From a virus (taxonomy: Duplodnaviria; Caudoviricetes), in the IMG/VR virus record IMGVR_UViG_3300025126_000016, positions 1-64,000 of that record: DNA of 64,000 bases. One strand, 5' to 3'. A program made the position numbers and the translations under genes. Below the pieces are notes generated by a model that saw only the letters and a list, made by a program, of their open reading frames with translations, made no database searches and was not told the DNA's origin. Shown here piece after piece: positions 47,830-55,551 of this stretch. Numbering within the stretch: position 1 is the stretch's first letter; each line of letters begins with the position of its first letter.

Positions 47830-48062
47830 CATGGCAACCCATCGAGGAAATGGTCCCTGACTCAGCTATCTGGGTGATTAAGTACACGCTCTATACTGAC
47901 GACTTGGGAAATTTCGTTGATGCCGATCACCATGAGGCAGAGCCTTTCACCGACTGTCATGGCTGGTATGAAACCGAGGCAGAGGCCCTAAAGGTGATGA
48001 ACCACTTCCCAAAACCCAACAGCTACAGAGTAGAACGGGTTCACAAAAGGAGACTAAAATGA
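47826..48062 (+). CDS. hypothetical protein
   Basis: MTWQPIEE start, ATGA coupling. Confidence 0.6.
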   Translation: MTWQPIEEMVPDSAIWVIKYTLYTDDLGNFVDADHHEAEPFTDCHGWYETEAEALKVMNHFPKPNSYRVERVHKRRLK

Positions 48063-48826
48063 CCCAACCATCTAATCTAACTCAACTAAAGAAGCATCTG
48101 GGCGTCAACTCCCTGCTTTCCGGCGAGGGCACCAATCCAAAGGTTGCCAAGAACGAAAAGCTAGGGGTTCTCGGTGCAGTGCTTCACCTTGCACCTGCCG
48201 ACTTGTCTGGCTTTGAGGTCTGTCCGATGCGTTCGGCAGGCTGTACGGCAGCATGTCTGCACACCGCAGGAAACCCGGCATATCTCAAGAACAAGAACGA
48301 GGCTCGTATCAAACGGACCAAGGCGTTCTTTGCTGACCGTGAGGCCTTCATGAACCTTCTGGTTCTGGAGATTGCCAAGATGAAGAAGTCTGCGGACGAT
48401 CAGAAGCTCGACCTTGCTGTGAGACTGAATGGGACCAGCGATATTCGTTGGGAAACCGTGAAGTTTACGGTATGGGATTGGGTGCGAGAGCGGGCCGGAA
48501 TCCTTGGTGGCAAAGGCACGATTTTGGAGCAGTTCTATGACATTCAGTTCTACGACTACACCAAAATCCACAACCGTAAGCGCATCCCTCACAATTACCA
48601 CTTGACGTTCAGTTTGAACGAGACTAATCGTAAGTTTGCAACTAAGCAGGACCGAAACATTGCTGTCGTGTTCTCTGGCAAACTCCCCGACGAGTATCTC
48701 GGTCGGCCTGTGATTGACGGGGACGAGACTGATTACCGACCCGAGGACCCCGAGGGTGTGGTAGTTGGCCTCAAGGTAAAGGGTAAAGGTCGTCAGGACG
48801 AGACTGGCTTCGTAATTCATCTTTAA
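48059..48826 (+). CDS. GP88-like protein (Cys-cluster, radical-SAM-like)
   Basis: VCPMRSAGCTAACLHTAG, VRLNGTSDIRWE, FYDYTK, IDGDETDYRPED..VVGLKVKG. Confidence 0.75.
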   Translation: MTQPSNLTQLKKHLGVNSLLSGEGTNPKVAKNEKLGVLGAVLHLAPADLSGFEVCPMRSAGCTAACLHTAGNPAYLKNKNEARIKRTKAFFADREAFMNLLVLEIAKMKKSADDQKLDLAVRLNGTSDIRWETVKFTVWDWVRERAGILGGKGTILEQFYDIQFYDYTKIHNRKRIPHNYHLTFSLNETNRKFATKQDRNIAVVFSGKLPDEYLGRPVIDGDETDYRPEDPEGVVVGLKVKGKGRQDETGFVIHL

Positions 48827-48841
48827 TTGAAAGGAAAAATA

Positions 48842-49408
48842 ATGTCTGATTTCAAAGAAGGCGACAAGGTTCGCGTAGTATCCAGCATATACACCTCGAT
48901 CATTGAAGGAGAGGTTGGAGAAATCATCAAGATTTACTCGAATATCCAAGTCCCAAGTGGCCAAAGGTATGTTGTGCAGGTAGCTGACAAGATACCTCTG
49001 CGCTTCTTTGCACGAGAACTCGAACTGGTCGATCAACCCCTCATTGGGGCAGGAGCGAGAGTCCGATGCATCAAGGAAGGACGGTACTTCGGTAAGGAAG
49101 GAACAGTAGTTTCCGTCCGCACTGATGCCACTGCTCCCTACAACATTAAATGGGACGGGGCGAGCTTGGACAGCGTGAATGGCGGTCACTGGACTCGTGG
49201 TGCTGTTGAAGAAATCACTCAGCAACAGGACGACTCTCAAGATGAGGAAATCGCTCAACTTAAGGGTCTGCTCTACGATTGCCACTGGTTGTTCAGCTAT
49301 TATGCAAAGCAGCATGCTTCCAAGGGGACCAATGAAGCCATGTACAAGGCTCTGATGAACCAGATGATGACTGACCGGATTAGTGATGTTATCGAAACTG
49401 ATAGCTGA
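48842..49408 (+). CDS. hypothetical protein with two SH3/KOW-like repeats
   Basis: FKEGDKVRVV and IGAGARVRCI repeats. Confidence 0.65.
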   Translation: MSDFKEGDKVRVVSSIYTSIIEGEVGEIIKIYSNIQVPSGQRYVVQVADKIPLRFFARELELVDQPLIGAGARVRCIKEGRYFGKEGTVVSVRTDATAPYNIKWDGASLDSVNGGHWTRGAVEEITQQQDDSQDEEIAQLKGLLYDCHWLFSYYAKQHASKGTNEAMYKALMNQMMTDRISDVIETDS

Positions 49409-49772
49409 TCGGGTCCACCCCGAGGATATTGCAGTGATCTGCGGCAGACATGCTGTCGCAGTTCGCCGCATGTTACCCAAGGGGTATCAACCCAAGGCGA
49501 GGCTGAAAACTCCCTACGGACTAACCGATGAAACCGCAGGCCTTAGGGCCAGGCTCGGAGGCATTATTGCCGCTATGAGCGAAAAGGGATTGACTCGGGA
49601 AAGGATAGGGGAGTTGACAGGTCTCAATAAACGTGAGAGCTATAGAGCAGAGCGTCGTCCGTTCGCTCACGACTGGACGCTCTCACAAATCGAAAGGACA
49701 TTATCTTATGAAGCTGGAACAGGACGCATTCACATTCTGGACGCTGATGCGGAGGATGAGGAACAGTCCTAA
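49383..49772 (+). CDS. putative HTH protein
   Basis: GLTRERIGELTGLNKRESYRAE resembles an XRE-type HTH. Confidence 0.5.
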   Translation: MMLSKLIADRVHPEDIAVICGRHAVAVRRMLPKGYQPKARLKTPYGLTDETAGLRARLGGIIAAMSEKGLTRERIGELTGLNKRESYRAERRPFAHDWTLSQIERTLSYEAGTGRIHILDADAEDEEQS

Positions 49773-49906
49773 TCTTATTGTCCGAAAGTTTGCTCGTGAG
49801 AATGAGCTACCCACCCTTGCAGCGACCACCAATTCGCCGAAACTGGCCGCTCGCATTCATCGTGAAATCGGCACCTAACTAACCGCTTAATCTAAAGGAA
49901 ATCGAA

Positions 49907-50236
49907 ATGAATACTCAAACTACACTCGCCGCCCAGATCGCAATGCTCGACGCTCGCATCAAGGCACAGAACGAAGAACTGGCCCAACTCAAGGCCGACC
50001 TGATAGCAGAAGTCGGTGATGCGGGTGCTACTATCGAAACTTCGATTGCCACCGTTACGGTGACGAAGCAGACCGAAGACCGCAACACTGGTCAGGTCGT
50101 ATTCTCTCTGGATGTCAACACCTTCCTCGCTCAGGACGAGCGTGTGCAGGCCAACCTTGTGAAGCAGGGCGTGGTATCCAAGCAGCAGAAGATCACCCGA
50201 GGACAGGCCCCAAGCGTTCGCGTTAAGGCCAAGTAA
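49907..50236 (+). CDS. hypothetical protein
   Basis: 109 aa, strong RBS, followed by a terminator. Confidence 0.75.
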   Translation: MNTQTTLAAQIAMLDARIKAQNEELAQLKADLIAEVGDAGATIETSIATVTVTKQTEDRNTGQVVFSLDVNTFLAQDERVQANLVKQGVVSKQQKITRGQAPSVRVKAK

Positions 50237-50243
50237 TAGAGGG

Positions 50244-50281
50244 AGAGGCGTTCTGGATTTGTTCCAGAACGCCTCATTTTT
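50244..50281 (+). terminator. intrinsic terminator
   Basis: GAGGCGTTCTGGA-tttgt-TCCAGAACGCCTC plus T tract. Confidence 0.8.
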
Positions 50282-50301
50282 GAAAATAAATGGAGGTCAG
50301 T

Positions 50302-50541
50302 ATGACCATCACTCGCGTATTCAAACCTCTGGAAGAAAAGACCAGAGAAGGACTGATTGAACAAATCAAGCGGATGCAGGACCGCGCTCATATGCAGAGA
50401 GCCACGCAAAACGCAGTGGAAAAGGCGTACCTGACCCGTCTGGCCAATTATCGTAAGGCTAAAGCTCTGGCCAATGAGAGAGCAGACAGGGCCGAGGCCG
50501 CAATGCGAGCCATGCTCGACAACTTTGGAGATATCGGATGA
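50302..50541 (+). CDS. coiled-coil hypothetical protein
   Basis: GGAGG RBS. Confidence 0.6.
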   Translation: MTITRVFKPLEEKTREGLIEQIKRMQDRAHMQRATQNAVEKAYLTRLANYRKAKALANERADRAEAAMRAMLDNFGDIG

Positions 50542-51662
50542 TCGTACACCCCACAATCTACAAGTATGACACGAAAGGAAATTGCCGTGTCTGGCGAATG
50601 GAAATCGACGGAGCAAAATATAGGACCGTGGCGGGTATCGAAGGGGGAAGTTTGGTTGAATCTAAGTGGACCACTGCTAAGGGTAAGAACGTGGGACGAG
50701 CGAACGAAACTTCGCCCGAAGAACAGGCCGAGCTTGAGGTAGCCAGCAAGTACGAGAACAAGCTGAGCCGAGAGTATTCTGAAACGAAGGAAGCTGCCAA
50801 GTCTGGTGCTCACTTCTTCAAGCCGATGCTTGCCCAACCCTACAAGGGCCTACCCCTGTGGCAGGACCTTTATGTTCAGCCTAAGTTGGATGGAATGCGC
50901 TGCATCGCTACGAAGGATGGACTATTCTCTCGTCAGGGTAAGCCAATCCTTGGCTGTCCTCACATCTTTGAGGCGCTGGAAGCAGCCTTCAAGAAAGACC
51001 CGATGCTTATCATCGACGGTGAGCTTTACAACCATCACCTCAAGGACGACTTCCCTCGTCTCATGAGCCTGTGCAAGAAGCAGGACCCAACTGACGAGCA
51101 GCTTGCTGAATCCGCAGAGCTTGTGGAATACTACGTATATGATTGCCCATCCAAAGCAGACTTCAAGTTTAGCACCAGGATGGTGTTTCTCTCACAAGCA
51201 TTACAAGATGCTGGCATCAATACTGTAGATGATTATGGTCCTATTGTTCCGACCGCTACTTTGAAGATTACTTCGGACGACCCCGTGAAATTCTTCAATG
51301 ACTTCCACGGCAAGTGCGTGGCCGCAGGACATGAAGGTTCGATGCTTCGACTCGACAAGCCTTATGAACAGAAGCGGAGCAAGCATCTACTCAAGCGAAA
51401 GGATTTTCTGGATGATGAATTCGAAGTGGTTCGACTCGTTGAGGGCGAAGGCAACTGGTCTGGTGCTGTCAAGAGCGTACTCTGCCGAGCCAAGAACGGA
51501 AAAGAGTTTGGCTCAGGAGTTAAGGGAAGCCGAGAGTATGCCGAGTCTCTCATGGGAAGAGATTTTAGCACTGCCAAGGTCCGATATTTTGAACTAACAC
51601 CAGACGGTGTGCCGCGATTCGGCATCTGTCTTGAACTTTATGAAGGAGAACGTGATGATTAA
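50538..51662 (+). CDS. ATP-dependent DNA ligase
   Basis: YVQPKLDGMRC (KxDG), DGELY, HEGSMLR, KHLLKRKDF, TPDGVPRF. Confidence 0.93.
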   Translation: MIVHPTIYKYDTKGNCRVWRMEIDGAKYRTVAGIEGGSLVESKWTTAKGKNVGRANETSPEEQAELEVASKYENKLSREYSETKEAAKSGAHFFKPMLAQPYKGLPLWQDLYVQPKLDGMRCIATKDGLFSRQGKPILGCPHIFEALEAAFKKDPMLIIDGELYNHHLKDDFPRLMSLCKKQDPTDEQLAESAELVEYYVYDCPSKADFKFSTRMVFLSQALQDAGINTVDDYGPIVPTATLKITSDDPVKFFNDFHGKCVAAGHEGSMLRLDKPYEQKRSKHLLKRKDFLDDEFEVVRLVEGEGNWSGAVKSVLCRAKNGKEFGSGVKGSREYAESLMGRDFSTAKVRYFELTPDGVPRFGICLELYEGERDD

Positions 51663-51864
51663 GAACGTCATAACAGTAGCACTGGCTCTGGGACTAGCAG
51701 CCTGTGCAACCACCGTGGTCCAGAAACCCGGAGCAAGTCCATCGCAGACTAATCGAGATATTCAGGAGTGTGAATACGAGGGGATGAAAGCCTCTCCGAT
51801 GAACGCCCTGATTGCTCGTCAGATCACAGCAAAATGTCTCAAGATGAAAGGATACACATTCTAA
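51655..51864 (+). CDS. small lipoprotein
   Basis: Signal peptide with lipobox LAAC. Confidence 0.7.
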   Translation: MIKNVITVALALGLAACATTVVQKPGASPSQTNRDIQECEYEGMKASPMNALIARQITAKCLKMKGYTF

Positions 51865-52283
51865 TGATTGACCCAGACAAGCCACTTGAAGCGTACCACC
51901 CGCAGCACGGGACGGTTCCTCTGAAAATTCGGCACACAAATAACGATCCCGTTAGTCCGAAAAGCGGGTATTACCAGACGGATAAATCTCCTCATGGCCG
52001 CTCGAATGAGTATTGGAGGAAGGACTGGACTTGTTGCTGCGGAAGCGAGTGGGTTATTCGTAACTTACCCGATTTCTCGCAAGAAAGCATCCGAGAAATG
52101 TGGAAACTGGTTCAGCAAGCTAGTGATGGTATTTCTGTCATGCATCGTGCCCAAGCGTTTATTCTCAACCACCGTCAAGACCCTGTCGCCCTGCTGGCTA
52201 ACTCGGTAGACCTGACACCGGAGGAACTTGAGAAGATTCTCGAAGAGAGGGGTCTGGAGATTAGTTATGAAGAAGATTCCTGA
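51864..52283 (+). CDS. hypothetical protein
   Basis: TAATG coupling. Confidence 0.6.
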   Translation: MIDPDKPLEAYHPQHGTVPLKIRHTNNDPVSPKSGYYQTDKSPHGRSNEYWRKDWTCCCGSEWVIRNLPDFSQESIREMWKLVQQASDGISVMHRAQAFILNHRQDPVALLANSVDLTPEELEKILEERGLEISYEEDS

Positions 52284-52853
52284 CACTTGGAAACAGGTGC
52301 TGGAAGATATTCAGAAAGTGTGTCCCTCTGCCGTACTGGCAGGGGGCGCACTCCGAGACCTAGTGTTTGATGTCGAGGTCAAGGACTTGGATATCTTCAT
52401 CGAAGCTGGCAATGAGAACGAAGCTTGGGGCAGTTTCAAAGCCTTGGGCGGGAAGATTCCTGAGCCTCAGAAAATTATGGGTGGCTTGTCCTGCATTGAT
52501 GAGAGGGTGTCTACCCTCAGAGTATGCAGGAAGTTATCCTAGTCGAGGACTACGCAGGAGACAACCCAACAGGTATCCCTATACAGTTGATCTTCGTTAA
52601 CTGGAAAACGGAGCGCAGTCACGAACGGTTCGACATCGGCATCTGCCGTATCAGTTACGATGGAAGGGATGTCAGTATCTCCCGTGATTTCGAGCAAGAT
52701 TCCTCGGATCAAGTGATCAACATCAGGCGGTGCGAAAATAAGTGGATGCTTGGTGCCACTATCAACAGGTATCTGAGATTGAAGAAGAAATATCCCGATT
52801 GGGAGATAAAATTGGATGGAGTAGACCTCAAGGAGGTTGACACTCATATCTGA
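52267..52853 (+). pseudogene. tRNA nucleotidyltransferase / PolyA-polymerase-like NTase split by an apparent -1 frameshift
   Basis: LAGGALRD..KDLDIF in ORF 52267-52542; IQLIF..RFDIGICRISYDG in ORF 52524-52853; one extra G at 52505-52507 fuses them. Confidence 0.65.
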
Positions 52854-52865
52854 TAGGCGTATATG
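52837..52865 (+). promoter_or_regulatory. sigma70-type promoter of tmRNA
   Basis: TTGACA-N17-TATATG. Confidence 0.7.
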
Positions 52866-52870
52866 CGCCG

Positions 52871-53196
52871 AACCAGTCGCTTGAAGCGGCTTTGAAGTGA
52901 GGGCAAGACGCGGGGGCAGTACCCGCCGCCTCCACCAGATTGACTGATATGAGACCAATTGGAAAGTCTCTGCTAGGTCAAACCGGCGGGACGCAGGTTC
53001 AATTCCTGCTTTCAGTCAATCTGATGGGGGCGAACCAGGATCGATTGCCAAGCGGACGAGTTGTTAGGCTGTGAGCGTGGCTGCTTTGAAAAGCCAAGTT
53101 TGATAAATGCAAACGACAATGACATGCCAGTCATGAAAATGGCAATTGCGGCCTAATTAGGCAAAGCGGGGTCCAAAGGAACCTGTCAACAGAATC
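52871..53196 (+). ncRNA. ssrA: circularly permuted two-piece tmRNA (alphaproteobacterial type)
   Basis: Acceptor piece ends CGCCTCC-A-CCA at 52937; coding piece starts GGGGGCG at 53026 (G3:U70); tag ANDNDMPVMKMAIAA* at 53109-53156; 3' ACCTGTCAACAGAA. Confidence 0.9.
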
Positions 53197-53229
53197 CCTT
53201 TTAGTTTAACCAAGAGAAGGAATACCATT

Positions 53230-53376
53230 ATGAATCGTAAGTACGCAGTCCTTGGAGCAGCCGCTCTGGCCTTTGCCGTAGCAGCTTGTGAACCTGCTGA
53301 GGAGCAGGAAGAAGAAGTAGTAGTTGAAGCCGGTGGACCGGTTGACGCTGATGGAGCAGACGAAAATGCGAACTAA
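53230..53376 (+). CDS. small acidic lipoprotein (48 aa, not in ORF track)
   Basis: MNRKYAVLGAAALAFAVAAC-EPAEEQEEEV..., lipobox VAAC, GAAGG RBS. Confidence 0.7.
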   Translation: MNRKYAVLGAAALAFAVAACEPAEEQEEEVVVEAGGPVDADGADENAN

Positions 53377-53842
53377 GATTGCCCTCATCGCTGGTGCCCT
53401 CGCCCTTGGCGTAGCTGCACCGGCCTCGGCCAATGAGTTTGGTGGCCTGTATGCCTCGGCAACTGCCGGTGTGCAGGACGTAACTCAGGTTCCGACTGCT
53501 GACGACATCGTTTACGGTGCCAACGCCGGTGTCAACATTCCTCTGGGCGATGCAATCGTCGGCCTTGAGGCAACTGCTGACAACGTCTTCGAAGACAGCC
53601 GCGAAATCGGAGCCTCGGCCCGTCTCGGTTATACCTTCGACGACGTAATGCTGTATGGTGAAGCAGGCTACACCAACTACCGTGACGTATTCAGTCGTGA
53701 ACTGGATGGTCTGCGTGTAGGTGCTGGCCTCGAATACAACATCAGCAACAACACTTTTGTGTCGGCTGAATACAGGTACACGGACTTCGAAGCTGGCGTT
53801 GGAAAACACGCTGGACTTGTTGGCCTCGGTATCCGCTTTTAA
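53366..53842 (+). CDS. outer-membrane beta-barrel protein (Omp25/RopB-like, 8-stranded)
   Basis: Signal peptide, GGLY start, alternating beta-strands, GLRVGAGLEY, terminal GLGIRF. Confidence 0.88.
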   Translation: MRTKIALIAGALALGVAAPASANEFGGLYASATAGVQDVTQVPTADDIVYGANAGVNIPLGDAIVGLEATADNVFEDSREIGASARLGYTFDDVMLYGEAGYTNYRDVFSRELDGLRVGAGLEYNISNNTFVSAEYRYTDFEAGVGKHAGLVGLGIRF

Positions 53843-53864
53843 GTCGGCAACGACTTGTGTGTGG

Positions 53865-53895
53865 GAAAGGGGGCTTTTCAGCCCCCTTTCTTTTG
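53865..53895 (+). terminator. intrinsic terminator
   Basis: GAAAGGGGGCT-tttc-AGCCCCCTTTC plus T tract. Confidence 0.85.
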
Positions 53896-53901
53896 TCCAA
53901 T

Positions 53902-53983
53902 ACCCTCGTAACCAGTTCGGTCTTCTACACCGCTATCTGTAATGGAGTTGAAAATGTGGGTTCGAGTCGCACCTAGGGTTCCA
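53902..53983 (+). ncRNA. pseudo-tRNA / tRNA-like RNA
   Basis: Acceptor ACCCTCG/CTAGGGT, T-arm GTGGG-TTCGAGT-CGCAC, CCA; D and anticodon arms not canonical. Confidence 0.5.
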
Positions 53984-54006
53984 TTCTAATCTAAAAGGAA
54001 ATATCT

Positions 54007-54177
54007 ATGAAGTTTGTTCTAGTCTGTGTCGCAGAAGAAGATGAAACCGGTCACGTTACCCATGTACAGGACAGCGGAGGTTACGGTTACATGCTCTCAA
54101 ACGGAGACGTTCTCGAAATCGACCTAGCCAAGGGTGAAAGTATCGACATCATTCATAGTGACGAAGAAGTAAATTAA
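54007..54177 (+). CDS. small acidic hypothetical protein (56 aa)
   Basis: AAGGA RBS; MKFVLVCVAEEDETG... Confidence 0.6.
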   Translation: MKFVLVCVAEEDETGHVTHVQDSGGYGYMLSNGDVLEIDLAKGESIDIIHSDEEVN

Positions 54178-54178
54178 C

Positions 54179-54254
54179 GCCGGATTAGCTCAGATGGCAG
54201 AGCAGCTGATTTGTAACCAGAAGGTCGTGGGTTCGATGCCTACATCCGGCACCA
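54179..54254 (+). tRNA. tRNA-Thr(TGT)
   Basis: Cloverleaf, loop TT-TGT-AA, CCA. Confidence 0.9.
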
Positions 54255-54258
54255 GATT

Positions 54259-54333
54259 GCGGAAGTAGCTCAGTGGTAGAGCAGGTGGTTGAAGTTCACC
54301 GTGTCAGCGGTTCGATTCCATTCTTCTGCACCA
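54259..54333 (+). tRNA. tRNA-Phe(GAA)
   Basis: Loop TT-GAA-GT, CCA. Confidence 0.85.
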
Positions 54334-54338
54334 GATAC

Positions 54339-54413
54339 GGGCCTGTAGCTTAATGGGAGAGCAGCATCCTTGCAAGATGTTAGGTGAGAGTTCGAATCTC
54401 TCTAGGTCCACCA
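54339..54413 (+). tRNA. tRNA-Ala(TGC)
   Basis: G3:U70, loop CT-TGC-AA, CCA. Confidence 0.92.
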
Positions 54414-54418
54414 GACAT

Positions 54419-54496
54419 GGCCCCGAGGTCCGAAGAGTCGAGGCCTCGCACTGTCTATGCGAGTTCAAGCGGGTTCGAGTCCCGCCGGGGTCGCCA
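54419..54496 (+). tRNA. tRNA-Asp(GTC)
   Basis: Loop CT-GTC-TA, G73, CCA. Confidence 0.88.
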
Positions 54497-54503
54497 TGTT
54501 TGA

Positions 54504-54576
54504 GCGGGTGTGGCTATGCTAGCCAGCTGGCCTTCCAAGCCATGCCAAGAGGGTTGGATTCCCTCCATCCGCTCCA
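54504..54576 (+). tRNA. tRNA-Gly(TCC)
   Basis: Loop CT-TCC-AA, U73; atypical T-loop TTGGATT. Confidence 0.8.
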
Positions 54577-54580
54577 ATGT

Positions 54581-54655
54581 TGCACGGTCGTCTAATCGGT
54601 AAGACGCTCGACTCTGACTCCTGAAACGTAGGTTCGAACCCTGCCCGTGCATCCA
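54581..54655 (+). tRNA. tRNA-Gln(CTG)
   Basis: Loop CT-CTG-AC, U1-A72, CCA. Confidence 0.82.
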
Positions 54656-54656
54656 C

Positions 54657-54730
54657 TGCCCCTTCGTCTAGTGGTAGGACCGGAGCCTTTGAAGCTTTTA
54701 ACGCTGGTTCGAATCAAGCAGGGGCATCCA
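54657..54730 (+). tRNA. tRNA-Gln(TTG)
   Basis: Loop CT-TTG-AA, CCA. Confidence 0.85.
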
Positions 54731-54793
54731 GATTTTTACGAAAATTTTTCAGAAGATTTTGGGTCGAGTTTTAGAAAGGCAAAAGTTAGAGGG

Positions 54794-54822
54794 TTGACAC
54801 CTAAAAAGACCTCGTCTATATG
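54794..54822 (+). promoter_or_regulatory. sigma70-type promoter
   Basis: TTGACA-N17-TATATG, same boxes as the tmRNA promoter. Confidence 0.75.
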
Positions 54823-54831
54823 ACCCTCCAC

Positions 54832-54999
54832 GGGCCGAGGGGATTCCCATCTCCTTAATGCGGTTTAACCACCCTCGGCCCACCTATTGGAGTTAGAAAT
54901 GCGTTACATGAATGTAAATCATTGGCGACCCAATACACACGCATGGGTGCGACATCCCATGCGTGAACAAGCTGTCGGCGGCTAACTAACTCCCGCCGA
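54832..54999 (+). ncRNA. unassigned structured RNA / leader
   Basis: Four consecutive stem-loops, including two 10-bp perfect stems, no plausible ORF. Confidence 0.4.
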
Positions 55000-55007
55000 T
55001 ACTCTGT

Positions 55008-55083
55008 TGCAGAGTAGAGAAGCGGCATCTCACCACCCTCATAAGGTCGGAAACCGTGGGTTCGAGTCCCACCTCTGCAACCA
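55008..55083 (+). tRNA. tRNA-Met(CAT) (initiator vs elongator uncertain)
   Basis: Loop CT-CAT-AA, CCA. Confidence 0.85.
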
Positions 55084-55100
55084 TTTCCCAAAATATATGT

Positions 55101-55175
55101 TGATGCGTAGCATAATGGCAATGTACGTCACTGTTAATGACGGGGATGCAGGTTCGAGTCCTGCCGTATCAGCCA
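55101..55175 (+). tRNA. tRNA-Asn(GTT)
   Basis: Loop CT-GTT-AA, G73, CCA. Confidence 0.9.
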
Positions 55176-55176
55176 T

Positions 55177-55254
55177 CTAGGAGTAGCTCAGTCTGGCCAG
55201 AGCATCCCGTTTGGGGCGGGAGGGCCGAAGGTTCGAATCCTTCCTTCTAGACCA
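55177..55254 (+). tRNA. tRNA-Pro(TGG)
   Basis: Loop TT-TGG-GG, C1-G72, CCA. Confidence 0.92.
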
Positions 55255-55255
55255 C

Positions 55256-55330
55256 AGGTCGGAGCATACGGGTTATGCCTCTTGGACTCCAAATCCGAGA
55301 GAGAGGGTTCGATTCCCTCCCCTCCTGCCA
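55256..55330 (+). tRNA. tRNA-Trp(CCA)
   Basis: Loop CT-CCA-AA, G73; two acceptor mismatches. Confidence 0.8.
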
Positions 55331-55338
55331 TTTTCTTC

Positions 55339-55543
55339 GAGCCTTTTCCGAGGGGCTGGGAGTGCCAGAGTAGCCTTGTAGACCAGAGGAGTAGTTATCC
55401 TGCTGCCGAATAGGTTCTGGTTCGTTGGTTGTAGACCGACATTGGAATGACGAGTAGAGCCTAAGAGCCTAACTAGCTTGGAAGCGAACTCGGGGTTCAG
55501 TGCCGCCAACGAGGTAAGACTCCCAGTCACGCGGAAAGGGCTT
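55339..55543 (+). ncRNA. unassigned ~205-nt multi-branched structured RNA
   Basis: Ends pair as 12-bp plus 8-bp stems; internal stems 55382-87/55416-21 and 55422-28/55506-12. Confidence 0.55.
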
Positions 55544-55551
55544 GATCACAC

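Noticed and set aside
48161-49480. 439-aa minus-strand ORF
   Set aside because: Overlaps three coherent plus-strand genes with RBSs; no motifs
54840-54881. Possible twister ribozyme (GAGGG...TAATGC)
   Set aside because: P2 partner and the conserved L4/pseudoknot sequence are absent
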